Origin: Lama guanicoe
Lineage: Eukaryota
Length of the DNA stretch: 64,000 nt
Reading direction: 5' to 3'
Assembly: GCA_013239625.1 (NCBI GenBank)
Contig: MU053376.1
Location: 86,833 to 150,832 of the forward strand
The notes beneath the pieces are model-generated. The model did no database searches. It was not told where the DNA came from and was given only the letters and a program-made list of their open reading frames with translations. The position numbers were made by a program, and so were the translations under genes. Shown piece after piece: positions 45,558 through 59,100 of this stretch. Positions within the stretch are counted from its first letter, which is position 1. Each line of letters starts with the position of its first letter.

Positions 45558-45574
45558 ACTGCCCCCTGGTGGCC
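45558..45574 (-). promoter_or_regulatory. CTCF motif
   Basis: Minus strand GGCCACCAGGGGGCAGT matches core CCASYAGRKGGCRS. Confidence 0.65.
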
Positions 45575-46059
45575 GCTCTGGGGAACTGCAGGCATGGAGC
45601 CTGGGAGGAAACATGAAGGGAGGCCCAGGTCAGATGCCACCCCTGCAACCCACACTCTGAGATACCACCCCTGCTTCAAGGAGGTGAGCCAGACCTCACC
45701 ACAAAGTGCCCACCCAGGTCCTAAGAAAGAAGGCCATGGTGAGATGTGAGAGCACTGGAGTAAGAGTCAGGAAGCTTTGGTTCCCCCCAGAACTAGACGC
45801 AGGGCTTTGTGTGTGTTGGGGGGGGGTGGTGGGGTATCATGTCTCCACTTCGGTCCTCATTGTATTCATCTGAAAACAAGGAGGTTGAGCCTTTTACATG
45901 GCCTTTATCCTCTTTTGGAGAAGGAGCCCTTTGAGAATCCAATGAAACCTGTGGACCCTCATCCCAGAAAGGGGCGCACAGAGACACCATGAGCCCATTT
46001 ATGAGGCCCCCAGGATACTGATTAATGAAGCAGGCTCTCTGTGTGCTTCAGGGCTCTTT

Positions 46060-46800
46060 GAAGCAGGATTTCAAAGACTTACATATCACACTAGGAGAAA
46101 TAATAGTCCATTAGACCTAAAAGAGCTGAAGAACAGACTGAAACTCTCAAAATGCAACAAGGGTTGATAAAAGACCAACTCTCATGGCTAAAAAATTAAT
46201 GCCATGAATATGGAATGGGGGGCAACAAAGCTGAACAGTCAGTCATTCTTGTGAGAAAGACTTGGGTTGAATTAACAGAAGCATGTGTTAATAACAAGGG
46301 AGGTGATGGGCCAGTATACACCACACAGTCCTGGTCTCGAGTGCATCTTGCTTGTCCTAGGCCCTTCAACAGAGGAGGCCACTAACACACTGAAGGGGCC
46401 CAGAGGCAGGCATCTTGTACGGAGGACTAGAGGGGCCAGTGGCCCATCCACTAGTCTGGGGCCAGGGATGTTTAGTCCTGAAAAGAGGAGACTAGGGGAG
46501 GGCAGAAAGGACAAGATCGCTTTCTTCAAAGCTGTCAGGTGGACAACACATAGATACTTCATGTGGCTCAGAGGGTAGCACTAGCACTTGGCCTCTTTTT
46601 CTTTCTAATCGAACTACAGTTGATCACTTGGCCTCTTGGTGAAAGTCGCACAGGTCAATATTTTTGGCTTAACATAAAAAACCTTGACAAAGATGGTCAA
46701 AAGTGGTAGAGAGCTTCCCAACACAGGAAGTATTCAAGCAGAGGCTCTTGAATGCTGGAAAGGGAATTTCTAAATTGGAGAGAGTGGTGGTGAGAGAAGG
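46060..46800 (+). mobile_element. Ancient CR1/L3-like LINE remnant
   Basis: gtgagaaagacttggg...; ggaagtattcaagcagaggct 3' motif. Confidence 0.45.
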
Positions 46801-47065
46801 TAGGCGTGGTTGACTCCAGGGCCACAGACTTGGGAGTAAAGTCATTTCAAGAATTAGGGTCCCAGCTTTTTGATCTAGGGAGCGTCCTGGCTGCTAGTCT
46901 TTGCTGGTTTTCCCCAGCCCAGCCTCCCAGAGCTTTGAGCCTCCTCTCCTTTGACCTCTCCACCCCAGGTCTCCGGCAGGGCAGTGGCAAGTAGCAGAGC
47001 CCAGCTTCCTCGTCCCCTCAAGAAGACACAGGCGGTCCCTGGGAAGAGGAGCATGGCTGACTGGC

Positions 47066-47084
47066 GCCTGCCCCCTAGTGGTCA
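47066..47084 (-). promoter_or_regulatory. CTCF motif
   Basis: Minus strand TGACCACTAGGGGGCAGGC. Confidence 0.65.
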
Positions 47085-48968
47085 CACGGGAGAGTTGCTC
47101 ATTTCAATGTCGCTGCCCATCTCTGCAACCCTCTAGCCCCCACTACCTCCCCGCACTGTGTTCCAAACCAAATCTGGGCAGTCTGGTCAGGACACTCCCA
47201 GCCAGGTTTGTGTGGCCTCTGCCAGTCCTGAGCGCCTCTGACTTCCCTACTCCCAGGTCCTCTGTGGCCTCAGGGGACCTGAGACCAGTACTGCCTCTCT
47301 CCCACCCCAGCAACCCTTGTCCTGAACTTACTCCAGCTGTTGGGACAAGAGTCACATGCCCCGCATTCTCGAAGCGCAGGAATGGCTCTGCTTGGGGAAC
47401 CTGTGGTTGGTGCCCTGCAGCCCCACCCCCCGGCCCCAGGAGAGGCAGGACGGGGTCAGGTGGGTTGAAAGGCCAGGAACAGAGCATCTGGGACATTACT
47501 AGGAAGGCTGGGGCATGATCTTGTCCTTTGTCCTCTCTGTGCCTCTCTCGTGGAGGCTGAGGGTCAGAGCCCTGCAGAGATGACCCTCTCTGCCCAGGAG
47601 CGCTTTGGCCAGAGCAGAGTGTCAGACTCCTCAGAGTCTCCAGGGCCTGGTGCTGAGCCAGATGGGCCAGGGGGCTGGTTAGTCTGGGAGGCAGTGAAAG
47701 GAGAGATGGTGGGACTCTGGGTTTTGTGGGGGAGGGGTGTGCCTGAACTCCCCAGCCCCCCTCCCTGCCCCCACCTGTCCACTCCCCTGGAGAACTGGGG
47801 CAGTGAGGACGCTTTCTCAGGCAGGCAGTGGGATGGTGCCTGCAGTGAGCTCCTTTGGTGTGGGTGGTGGCTGGGGCTGTAGGGGTACACCTGCGAGGGG
47901 TCCCTGTCCCAGCCATTCCCTGCCCACCACTGCACCACCATCTCAGTGCTGTGACATCAAAGCCCCAGGAGGCTGGAAATGGAGCTGCCTTCGCAGTGGT
48001 TATTTCTGCTCTCAGCTCCAGAGGTGGGTCGGAGCAGAACAAGGAGGGTGACCCTGCCATTTAGTCCACGGGAAGGCTGCACCCATGACCACCTGAACCC
48101 ACAGATGACTCTCGGGGCCCTACCTGCCCAGTCGTGGCACCGTCCCTGTGCTGGGATAGACCTTTCCCCCATGGCCCCACTGGTACCCCTCCTAGGCTCG
48201 ATACTGCTACCCACCAGGGGCCTGTCCTCCCTGGATCACCATGACCTTGAAGAAGGCCCCAGCTGCCTGTGCCAGCTCAGCTCCAGCGGTTGCCATGGCA
48301 CCCTGGTACTTCTGCAAGCAAAAGCCAAACAGCCAGAGTCCACCTGGCAGGCAGCTGCTCCTGTTGCGTTGCTACCACTAAAGGCACCGGGCTCCTTCTG
48401 GAGGCCCTGGAGGCAGGGGCTGCCCTGGAGGTGAGACTGAGCTGCTGCAGGGGTGCCCCACTCACCTTTGTGCTTCTGCTCTCCCTTCCCTCTGGCCTTC
48501 TGAGAAGGTGACAGATTGGTTCCAGAAATCCCTCTTGCCTGCTCTCAGGCAGAGCCACCCCTCACCCAACTCCCCAACAGCAAGGAGCCAGAGAGGACCC
48601 AGGAAGAAGTCCTGAGGGCTTCTGTTCAGGGTCTTACTGGTCCATCGCTTGGGGAGGCCAAGTTCTTGGAATCCATAGCCTAGTTCCCTCTAAGCTGTGC
48701 CTTCTCAGGGTCAACTTATTCTTGCAAAGTGGTCAAAAACTGAGGAGCTATGAAACTACCATCCCTGTCCAGAGCTACCCCAAATCAAGAACCCAGGCCC
48801 TGGGAGCCAGGTGCACGGAGGGTGTGGTGGAAAGTGTGCAGCCCAAAGGGACCCCAGAGAGGAGGGGCTGGAGCACCCCTCCCCACACCACCGCAGAAGA
48901 ACTAATCACACATCAAAGTCGAATCCTCACCATTGGTGCTCAGACAGAGTGGTCCATAAATGGCCATT

Positions 48969-48974
48969 TTTAAT
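48969..48974 (-). terminator. Probable ETNK2 polyadenylation signal ATTAAA
   Basis: tttaat on + strand in a locally AT-rich patch ~1.13 kb past the ETNK2 stop. Confidence 0.6.
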
Positions 48975-50102
48975 GCAGAAAACCATGATAATTTACAAAT
49001 GAATCATTTTATGGGCCAGAGCCAGGAGGGCCCAAGAGGCTGTGAGGACAGAAAGGAGGGGAGGCCCCTGAGAGTCTGGGGCAACAGCTCCTCCAACACC
49101 TTCACAACCCATCCTGCCTGGGCCCCAGCACACTGGGCAAGCCCTGGACATCCCTGGCCCCTGCCCTTTGACCCCTACTAGTCATTTCCAAGTCGGGGGA
49201 CCTTGGGTCAACTTCAGGACAGAAGGTGGACATGGAGAGACTGTTCCTTGGAAGTGAGGGCCTGGAGGGCAGGGGAGGGAACGCAGCAGGAAGGTGCTGT
49301 CCAATCGCCCCACTCTTGGCTACGTCCCCTCTGGCCAAGCCACAGCATGAAGCAGAGCCAGTCTTTGGTGGCCCAGGATGTCACCATTCCCTTGCCTTCC
49401 CTCCTGGCAGGCACCAGAGGGACAGAACACAAGCACGGAGCAGAAAGGGCACTGGAGAAGAGCACGTGTCCTCGGGCTGAGGTTCAGGACGGGGTTGTTT
49501 TGATTGGATCTGGTTTGGAGAAAGGGAGGGATCTCAGATGAGGGGGCTACTAGGGGAGCCATCAAACCCAAGTCTAGACCACTCCCACCAAGATTTGTGC
49601 ATCCATCTGTCAGAGCTGGCAGGACGCTGGTTTGGGCTCAGCACCTCCCACACAGGGCATGTAGGGGGAGACAGGCTGGGGGCTCAGGACACTGGAGGTA
49701 GAAAGGAGCCCTCCCACCTTCCCCCCTCCCCAAGCCAGGAAGGTCAAAGACACATCTAAGGCAGCCCAGATTCCAGCATGGCCTGGGGCTAGGAATGCTG
49801 GGCTTTCCAGGGTGGTTGTGGGCCGAGCACTGGCTGGCTGCAGGCGCTCCCGGCCCCTGCCCCTCCCAAGTCTGGCAAGCTGAAGGAACCCCCAGAGCTG
49901 GGTCCTGTCAGCCCCTCCACACAAGAATGTGACCTCCAGGGACATCACTGGGGGCTGGCAACTAGGACAGGGCTGCCTTCGCCCGGGACTCCCGCCTGTC
50001 CCCTCTCCCGCCTTGTCCAAGGGTGCAGACCCCAGAGCAGAACTGAGCCCTGGAGAACAGGTCTGGCCAGGCAGATGGGTAGGAGAAGGATGGGGAAGCT
50101 GG

Positions 50103-50175
50103 TCACTTTGGCATCTCCAAGGCTGACACTTGAGGCTTCACCTTGAAATACTGGTTGAATCGGATCACTGCGTAC
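50103..50175 (-). CDS. ETNK2: ETNK2 last exon coding part, RYAVIRFNQYFKVKPQVSALEMPK*
   Basis: ttttttggcag|G TAC ... AAG TGA; translated by hand. Confidence 0.95.
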
Positions 50176-53100
50176 CTGCCAAAAAACAGGAAAGGGAATT
50201 GGGGGTAAAAAGGGAAGCTGGGTGAGCCCTGCTTGGGGCACTCACATCACAAGGTAAGTTCTCACCAAACTCGTACCGTCTAGGTCAGGGCAAATGGACC
50301 CCAGCCCAGATTGGGTTTTTTTGTTTTGTTTTGTTTTACTTCAACTATACTTTTATTTTTCTTCTTAGATCAGACTGGAGCAACCCTTCCCCAAACACGT
50401 TTGGTTGTCTGTTGATTTTTCACAGCTCAGCGTGGTCAGTGCATTCATATTGTTGACCAACAGATCTCCACAACTCTTTCATTTTGCAAAACTGGAACAC
50501 TGTCTCCACCGCACAGCAACTACCCACTTCCCTCCAGCCACCACCATTCTACTTTCTGTCTTGATGAATTTGACTACTTTAGCTTCCTCATCTAAGTGAA
50601 ACCATACGATACTTGTCTTTTTTTGTGACTGGCTTGTTTCACTTAGTACAATGTCCTCAAGGCTCATCCCTGTTGGAGCATGTGGCACAATCTCCTTCCT
50701 TTTAAAGGCGGGATAGTATTCCTTTGTACGCAGAGACCACGTTTTGTTTATCCATTTATCCATCAGTGGACACTCGGGTTGCTTCCATCTCTTGGCTATT
50801 GTGGATAATCCTACTATGAACATGGCTGTGCAAACATCTTTGAGACCCTACTTTCAATTCTTTGGGGTATATACCCAGGAGTAAGATTGCAGGATTATAC
50901 AGTAATTCTAGTTTTTAACTTTTTGAGGAAGCAGAGTATAATTTCCCACAAAAGCTGCACCATTTTATATTCCCAGCAGCAGTGCACGAGGGTTCCCGTG
51001 TCTCCACATCCTCACTGACACTTGTTATTTCCTGTTTATTTAAGGGTGGCCATCCCAGTGGGTGTGAGGGGGTCTGGCTGTGGCTTTGACTTCCATTTCT
51101 CTAATTTTTGTGAACACTTTGAAGCCAGCATAGTGATTCCTTTTCAGCGGAGGGTGGGTTGAAAGGATAAAGACAGAAACTGGACAAGAATGGAGGACAA
51201 CATGATTCCTGGTCCTTTAGGAACACGTGTATCTCGCACGACAGGGCCATCTAAGTAGTTCAGTATTCAAGTAAAGTCTTGGTATAGCCCCTGGCCACCC
51301 AGGTGACCCCAGTGAGTCCTTCTGCCCTCTGGAACTCTGTCCCCTCTGCTATAAAATGAGGGTCGGACTCGTGATCTTTCAGATCAATTTCCAACAATTT
51401 CCTTCGCCACCAGGCTCTGTGTGGAAGAGCTCTGGTGGAAGGGCCGGAGCAGTGAGTAGGTGGTTGGAAGGCTGTGAGTAGGTGGTAGACTGTGAGCAAG
51501 TGGTTGGTAGGCAGTGTGTAGGTGGCAGGCTGTAAGAGGGAACGAGGATCTCCTATGAGACAGGAGGTGGGGTGTGAGGGCTGCTGACGACGTTCAGAGA
51601 GGCGCTCTGGGCTCGCGTGCGTCCGCAGGCATCTGTCCTGGAGCAGCGGCCCAACTGGACGTGGGCTGGCTGAATGGAGGTGAGCCAGCAGAGCGGAAGC
51701 CTGTGCTCCAAACAGTTGATCTGGGCTGTCCTTTGTCACATCTTGGGCCCAAGGCCCTTCCTTTCCTCCCTACCCCCACCTCCGACTTGTTCCCTGCACT
51801 CACCTGAGGAAATCGAAGTCGATGGTGGAGAACTGGTTCTGGATGAGGGCCCAGAGTGCCCAGAAGAAGTGAGACGCCTGGAAACAGACCAGAGGAGGTC
51901 AGTGTGGCGAGCCCCCCATACCTGTCATGGGCCCCATGGAGCTGGAAGGACAGAGTCTCAGACACAGAGCCGGGGCACTGGTGGAGACACAGTGGGGTGT
52001 CCCCAGCACAGGTGGGGGTATTCCAGAGGCCAAGTCACTGGATGGTTTTGGGGGTTTCACTCCTTCTAGAAAAAGGTAAGCAGAGTAGCCTTGGGGCTTA
52101 AGCAGGATGGGGACTTTCAGCTTGTTCCCCAGCCCAAGCAGGACCCAAACTCCAGCCCTGGCCACTCTCGGACCAGGAGAATCTTCAAGACTGAGGCATC
52201 CAGGACGAGAAGAATTCCTCAGACGGAGCTCAGGCCTGGTGGCCAGTGGAGGGGCTGGTACCCTGTCGGCAGTGCCCTGGCCACATGGTCATCACTGGCC
52301 CAGACTGCTGGAAGACCCCTAAACTGACCTCTTCCACCCCTTTCCTTCTCTTTTATCAAGAGGCGGCTCAGGTTAGAAAATGAGCGTAATTGTAGGACAA
52401 GGGGGCCCGAGTCCACAACTGCTTTCCCGGAGCCAGACCCCACGGGGCCCAGGCCACTTCAGGCTCGAGAAGCCAGAGCACCACGCTTCCTGCTGCCACT
52501 GAGCAGACACCAGTGATGCCACTGCTTTCCCGGACCAGGCCCCCCCCACCACCAAGTCCCACTCACTCTGGGGTTGGCTATACAGCCCCTCCCTCCATTT
52601 TCTTCCCTTTTCAGGACTTTAAAGGGGGAGGGGCATAGATCAATTAGCATGTGGGAATGATTAGTAAAAATTAAGCAAGCAGAAGGCCTGGGTGGAGCAG
52701 TTAAGGGGAGGAACCTGATGGAGAATCAGTCTTGGCCAATGAGGAAGACGGACTAGGCAATCCCAAATCATAGGTAATTAAAGATTTTATTGAAGCTCTA
52801 CGACATATTGGGAAATTCGGGGCAGCTGTCTTATTTTCTTGCTTCTGCATAGCTGATATTAACAAGACTAGCTAGTAATCCCCTGGGCACACACTGGTGG
52901 AGACCTGGCATGAGCCATGTACCCTGGATAAGCAGCACTCAAAATCCAGAACTGACAGCACAGTCATTTGTGAAGGAAGAGCCTGAACGGAAAGGCTTAC
53001 ACAGAGTTCTGAGTCAGTGGAGATAGTTAACAAGAAGGATTAGAACTGACATTTTCTATCTCCTCCAAAGGCTTAAAAAAAAAGCATGTATTTAACTACA

Positions 53101-56100
53101 GCATGAAAGGCTAAGGGTTAGGCACTAGAAAGAACTTGTCCAAATGAGAGAACTGCTAAAATAGGAAGCTGGGATCTTTCCTGGAAGTAGTTCTCGAGGA
53201 AGAAGAGCGCCTAGATGTGATGAAATGGGAGAAAAGCAGGGAACAGGGCATCTTAGAACTAAGGGGATGCCCACGATGGCTCTTCCCAGACCATACCCCT
53301 AGGCTGGGTTCCAGGAGCACATGATGGGAGTCCCCAGGACCTCACACCCAACCCTGGGCTCTGCTTCCTCCTCCACCACAAGGTTGTGGGAACGTAAGAG
53401 CTGGGGGTGGGTCCTGAGTCCCTCCTGCCTTCTCCCTCCCCTGCCCCTCCCTGCCCCCAGCCACAAGCACTCACCAGGGCAAACTTGTTGACTTGAACAT
53501 ACAGCCTCTCCACCTCCCTGGGGGTCACGGCCGCCCCTTTCTGTGCCTGCAGGTAGTAGCCGAGCCACTGCAGCTGGGTCTCCCGCGCTGGGTACCAGCA
53601 GTAATCCACCTCGTTCACACCTGCCCGGGAGGCAGCCACACCCAAGTTGCTAGGAGACGGGCCCGCCTAGGGGTCTCCTCCAACTCAGGAGGTGTTCCCT
53701 GAACCCCTCAAAACCTCCATCTACTTTGCCCGGTGGGGCTGAGCCTCAGAAAGCAGCTCCTTTGACCACCAAACTCTAACGTGTGGAGTGTCGACCCCTA
53801 TCCCAGCTGAGGGCACTGCTTTCAGTGCGCTGAGCTGGACGGAAGCAGAGAGAGAGGGAGACTCGCTGAGGGGCACAGTCTTGAGAGTGAGGGGGACCCC
53901 TAAGACAGCACTTACTGTATGCTCGCACCCTCTATAAAACCGCGGCCCGTAAGAGGCGCTCAGTCGAAGCCCTGACTCGGGGGCCTAGGTGGCTGAGGTC
54001 TAATGCTAACCTGGAGGCAACTTCAGGCAGGCCCCTTCCTCTCACTTACAAAGTGAGGGAGCTGGACTTAATGTGTCTCAAACACTGCTTCCTGGACCAT
54101 GTTGAGCTGGTTCCTTAAAAAAGCATCACCTGGAGGGCTTGGCCAAAATAGTTTCCCCGGCCCTCACCCCTGTCCAGTTCTCCACATGATTCAAAATGCA
54201 GCTTGGAACCCCTGAGCTTGCCCAGTCCCACCCTTCCTTGCGTCCTCAAGCTGCCAGCCCAACACACACCGCCACACCTGGGCATGGTGGCAGGGACCCT
54301 GGCTTCAGAGCTGATACAGAAAGAAGTGGTTTACTTAAGGCAGGGCCAGCCCAGAGCCACTTTCCCTGGTCTCTTCCTCCTCCTCTTCCTCCTATCTTTC
54401 CCTTCAATCCCTGGAGAAGCACAGTCTCCTGGGCCCCCAGAGAACGGCGGGACAAGAACCCCAGGCCCAGGGAGCAGACATTTGCTCAAGGTCACACAGC
54501 CAGTCAGAGGCCGGTTCTTAGCTCCCAGCACCCAGCACCCAGCACGGGTCTCTGTGCTCCTCAGAACCCAGGGGGTCCCTCCGTCTCCTCTGCTGCCCTC
54601 CTTCTTTCTCAGCTAGGAAGCAGAACGCAATTTGCCCCCTGTGAGAAATTCCAGCTAGACTTTGCTCTGTGGGGTGGGTGAGAGGGACTTAAAAAATGCT
54701 CAAAAATTACCCCTTTGGAAAGGTGGGTGGGTCTGGCAGCTGAGTACTTACCTGCCCTGCAGGTGGCCAGCCTCTGCTCTGCGCCACCCCACAGCTCAGC
54801 TGCTCTGCCCAGCTGAGGCCCCATCTGTCCCCTGAGTTCCTAGATGCAGCTGGTGGCCACCCTGGGGAGTCATGCCCTCGGGTACAAGCAGTGCGTGCAG
54901 ACCTGGTCACCTGGGGTGCCAGAAGGGACACAAATATCTTCTCTCCGGGCCCGAGGGTCTGCATCTGCCTGGACTGGCCTGGATTGGGGACTGCCTGAGG
55001 CTGGGCCAGGCAGTGGCTCTGCAGTTGGCTTGCATATGCCTCAGCTATCCCAGGCCACAGGGACTGACCACATCATGCCCCCACGTTGTCAGCCTAGGGA
55101 TGTCCCTCTAGCCCCAGTGTCCCCAGTGTCCAGCTCCATCCACCAGCTGCCCCTTTGGCCCCATCTAATTGTTCAACAATGAAGCCCTCAAGCTGGAAAA
55201 ACCTGCCCTGCTTCCTTTACACAAAGAATTCTATTGTACACACCTGCCTTTATGGAAGGCCGGCCTTCCTACCCCCAGGACACGCCCCTCCTCCAACCGC
55301 ATCCATGCCTGCATCCATGCCCGCATCCATGCCTGCATCCATGCCCACTCCAGCCTCTCTCAGCTGCAGGACAGCTTCCTGCCTGCCGGACGTCAGCAGC
55401 AAACACCAGACACCAAGGAGGTAAGTAACACCTGCCCCGAGGGTCACGCAGCTAGTAAGCAACAAAGCCCGGGTGTGAACCTGGGAGTCGAGACTCAGAG
55501 CACAGCCCTCCTGGCTCCACCAAGATTAATCTCATCAGGCCGCCAGGAAACAGCTACTGCAGCCTGTTCTGCTTCTTTATCTGCCCGCAGGGCCCCTATT
55601 TACAATTGTGCGGGCTGTACTGGGTACAAAGGAGCTTGGACAAGAGGGTGAGTGGAGGCTGGTGTTGCCCTGTGCTGGCCCAGCTGGCGGGGGCTGTCTC
55701 TGGCCAGAGAAAGGGGTCTTTTTGTAACTCACACGTCAAGCCGAGTATCCTCAGGGATCCTATAGAGGGCGCGTTTTTCTTATTTGTACCAAAGTGCCAC
55801 ACGGGCCAGCAGGACCGGCTCTGTGTCGGGGGCGGTCTGGGCTTCCCCACAAGACCTGGAGCTCTCGAGGCAGGCTGGGCCTCCCCATCTCCCCGAACTG
55901 TGCTGTGCTGAGGACAGGGGTGTCCAGCCTCCACTCCCCAGGTACAGAACCCCTCTCCCCCTCCCCCTGGACCTGGTCCTCCATCATAAGGAGGGTATCT
56001 TGGACACAGGCCACATAATAATGCCTTCTCACCTGCAAACTCATTGAAATGGTTGCCAATGTCAAAAGCTTGGTAATTGTAGCCGGCATATTCGTAGTCA

Positions 56101-59100
56101 ATGAACCGCACATGACCTACAAGGCAGAGGAGAGGCAGTGACAGTTAGCCTCTGACCTGGAAATGGGGCCGGGTCAAGCTTCCACAGACCTCAGGAACAC
56201 ACCCACTGGCTCCCCCTGGCCACTGCAGAGACCCAGCCTCACCCAGCTTCCCCGCGACAGTCTTCTAAGCTGCTTCCTTCCTCCTGTCCGTTTGCCACCT
56301 GCCCTTTCCCCAGCTCCAGCTGCCCCTCTCACATAGCTGGGTCCTCAGGCTCTGTCCATCTACAGACGTCTGTCCTCAGCATGGCTGAGGACCGGAAGTA
56401 AAGCGGAGCACTCCCCGGGGGTGATGCTCGAATGGGGAACACAGCGAGGTTCTCTCTGTGAAGGCTCTGTGCCGCCAAGATACCCTCGTAAGCCCAAAAC
56501 ACAGTCGGGGGAATGGCTCCACCAACCACGATTTTGAGTCTTGGCAAAGATTTTTCTAAGTGCGAATCTGTGTCTTTTTCATTTCTCTCCTACAAATTAA
56601 CTTGAGACCTACACCAGCAGGTCTCACTTTGCTTGACCGAGTGCCAGGCTGAGGAAGAGGACCCTGAAGCCAGCAGGACAACCAGGCCAAGCCCTGCTGC
56701 TGCCCAGCTGGGGCCAGAGAAGCCATACCTTTGGTGCTGTCATAGATAATATTCTTGCAGAGCAGGTCATTGTGACAAAACACCACAGGGGAGTCCAACT
56801 GGGGCAGGTGCTCCTTCAGCCAGGCCAGCTCCTGTTCCAACACTTCGACCTTAGGGACATCTGCAGAAAGGCTGGACAGGGGCAAAGAGTGGCCAGTGGA
56901 GGGAGGGCTGAGAGCAGACAGGCAGGTGCTTGGCCTCCAAAGCCCTGAGCTCTGGCCCTCTCCCGACTTCTTACTGCAGAGGGACCTTTGACCTTCCCTT
57001 CTGTCATCTAGAAAATGGCACTGAGGTTTCCTGTCTTTCTGACTTCTGTGGTTACTCCAAGAAGCTGACTAAAACCTGAACATAAAAATCATCTTGCAAA
57101 GCATAAAAACCCTAACCAAACAGCACCCTGCTGCTTCATGAAAGGGAAAGGGATATCGGACGGAGGCACAGGGAGATGTCAGGGGAGGGGAGGGCGAGTG
57201 TCCCACCTCAGTCACTCCAGACTAGGACAACCGGGGCGGCGGGAGAGGGGCGCAGACAGGCCTGCTCTCAGGACAGTAGGAACAGCTCCTGGGGAAGGCG
57301 TGGCTGTGGAGAACAAGACCCCACAAAGCTCCCCCAGTGGAAGAGTAACAGCGCCCCGGGAGGGCGGGAGCACTGGCGCCCTCTTGAGGAGGCAGAGGGA
57401 TGTCCCGGTGTGTCTCCCTCACGCTCTAGGCCGGCGGTACAGGGGGAAAGGACCAGAGATCATCCAGTCCAACTTCCCATTGCACAGCAAGACCACCCGG
57501 GCTGAGACTAGAAAGCAAAAAAATTGCTTCTTGGGCCCACTTCTATGAGGCCTAGGGGATATCAGGGCCTTTCAGTCAAAAAGCTCTTGCTCTGGAACGC
57601 CCCAGCAACGCCCCTTCCCCCTGGAACCGTGAGTGTTTCCCTGCCCCAGGCCCCTGCCTGTGTGTGGGCAACTTGGGGGCAGGAACAAAGACACGTGGAG
57701 GCCGCCTGTCCCTCCGCCCCACCCTGTCCTGCTGCAGACAGCAGGCATTTCTGCTGAAAAAAGTGCACGTGGAGGGATGGTTGAACAGGTCGATCGATGC
57801 CTTCTCAGAGGCTGTGGGGAGGCTGGGGAGGGCGGACTGCGCTCTGAGGCTCTGAACTTTGGTCCCTGGAAGCACACAGGTCTGTGTACACTGAAAAGCC
57901 AAATAGTTAGCAGAGCCCTTAAAACCCTGGAACCACCAATGGGTCGAGGGGAGGAGGCTAGGGTGTTCCCTCCATCCATGTGTGTCCTGTTTGCTTTCTT
58001 GTCCAGGGCGGTGCGGGTACATGCAGGAGGATGAGAAGGAGACACCCCCTGTCTGGTCCTCCCACAGGACGCCCCATCGCCCCTCACCCAGCCCAGAAGC
58101 CAGACTCAGGGAAGAGTATTCAGCAACTAAGACACCCCCTCTGGAAAAGGACGGGCAGCACGCCCCCCGACCCAGGTTTTGAGAAGGTCAGAGCCAAAGT
58201 GGATCTTAGGGCCCCAGTCGAACTCCATGGGGAAACTGAGGCTCAAGGAAGGGCAGAGGCTTCCTCCAGCCTCCAGATGCGTCTTACACAGCTGGGTACT
58301 CTACTCCCTCATCTAAGGAAAGGAGTCCTCAGCCTGTCCAAGAATCCCAAATCAAGTCGAGCCTCTGAACTGGGGGGCTCTGCACAGACCACTCCAAGCC
58401 CGGGAGTCTGCTGGGGCGGGAAGGTGCATTTCAACCTTGGCTTTCCTTAAGAAGCTACGTCTTCTTTTAAGATTCCTTTTTTTCCTCCTTGGACTAAGAC
58501 CATCCAAAGTTAAGAATTAGGAGGCTTCCTTTGGTTCGAACAAGTCGCAGCCTGAAAAACAGGTCTTTGACATCCAAGATGCCTGCTGCCCAGGCCCTGA
58601 CCTCTGTCTGAGCCCTACCTTACCCATCCCAAGCCCACGCATCTGGCTGCTGTGGGAACAACCCAGGCCTTCCACCTCCCTGGGCAGCCCACCTCAGCCG
58701 CCCTGCTTCCCTCCTCTGAACACTTGAAACATCGCCAGCTTTGCTACCTTCAGCCCTGGCATAACTCGACTCTCAAGGCTGTGGGGTTGGCAGAAGAATA
58801 ACCACCACTGCATCACAGAAACTTTCACATCCCAGGCGGCACGGCTCCTCCTACTCCTCTGTCCCTCAGAGGCAGCAAGAAGCGGGTAAAGGGCCTCCTC
58901 AGGGAAGCCGGGGGGTCCTTCCTGAAGAAGGCACTGCTGCCTGGCAAGTGTCCGCTCAGTGCTCAGTCCGCCCAGGTGGCGGGGTGGATGGGAAATACCC
59001 TCTCCCCATGGAGAAGTGTTTCTAAGTGTTTGAACTTACCAGCCCATCACCTTCGCCCTCATACCAATCAACCTATCTCCTCTGAAGCAGTTATAACCCT

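Noticed and set aside
47143..48060. 305-aa minus-strand ORF between the genes
   Set aside because: Low-complexity composition, no recognisable motif or exon structure; a PhyloCSF or BLASTP hit would be needed to revive it.
50479..50823. 114-aa ORF resembling a real protein
   Set aside because: Decayed L1 ORF2p C-terminal fragment.
51440..51540. Degenerate GCTGTGAGTAGGTGGT-like repeats as a CRISPR-like array
   Set aside because: Irregular decayed minisatellite without unique spacers, in a mammalian intron.
57375..57389. Further CTCF-like motif CCTCAAGAGGGCGCC on the minus strand
   Set aside because: Two mismatches to the core; too weak to call without a PWM score.
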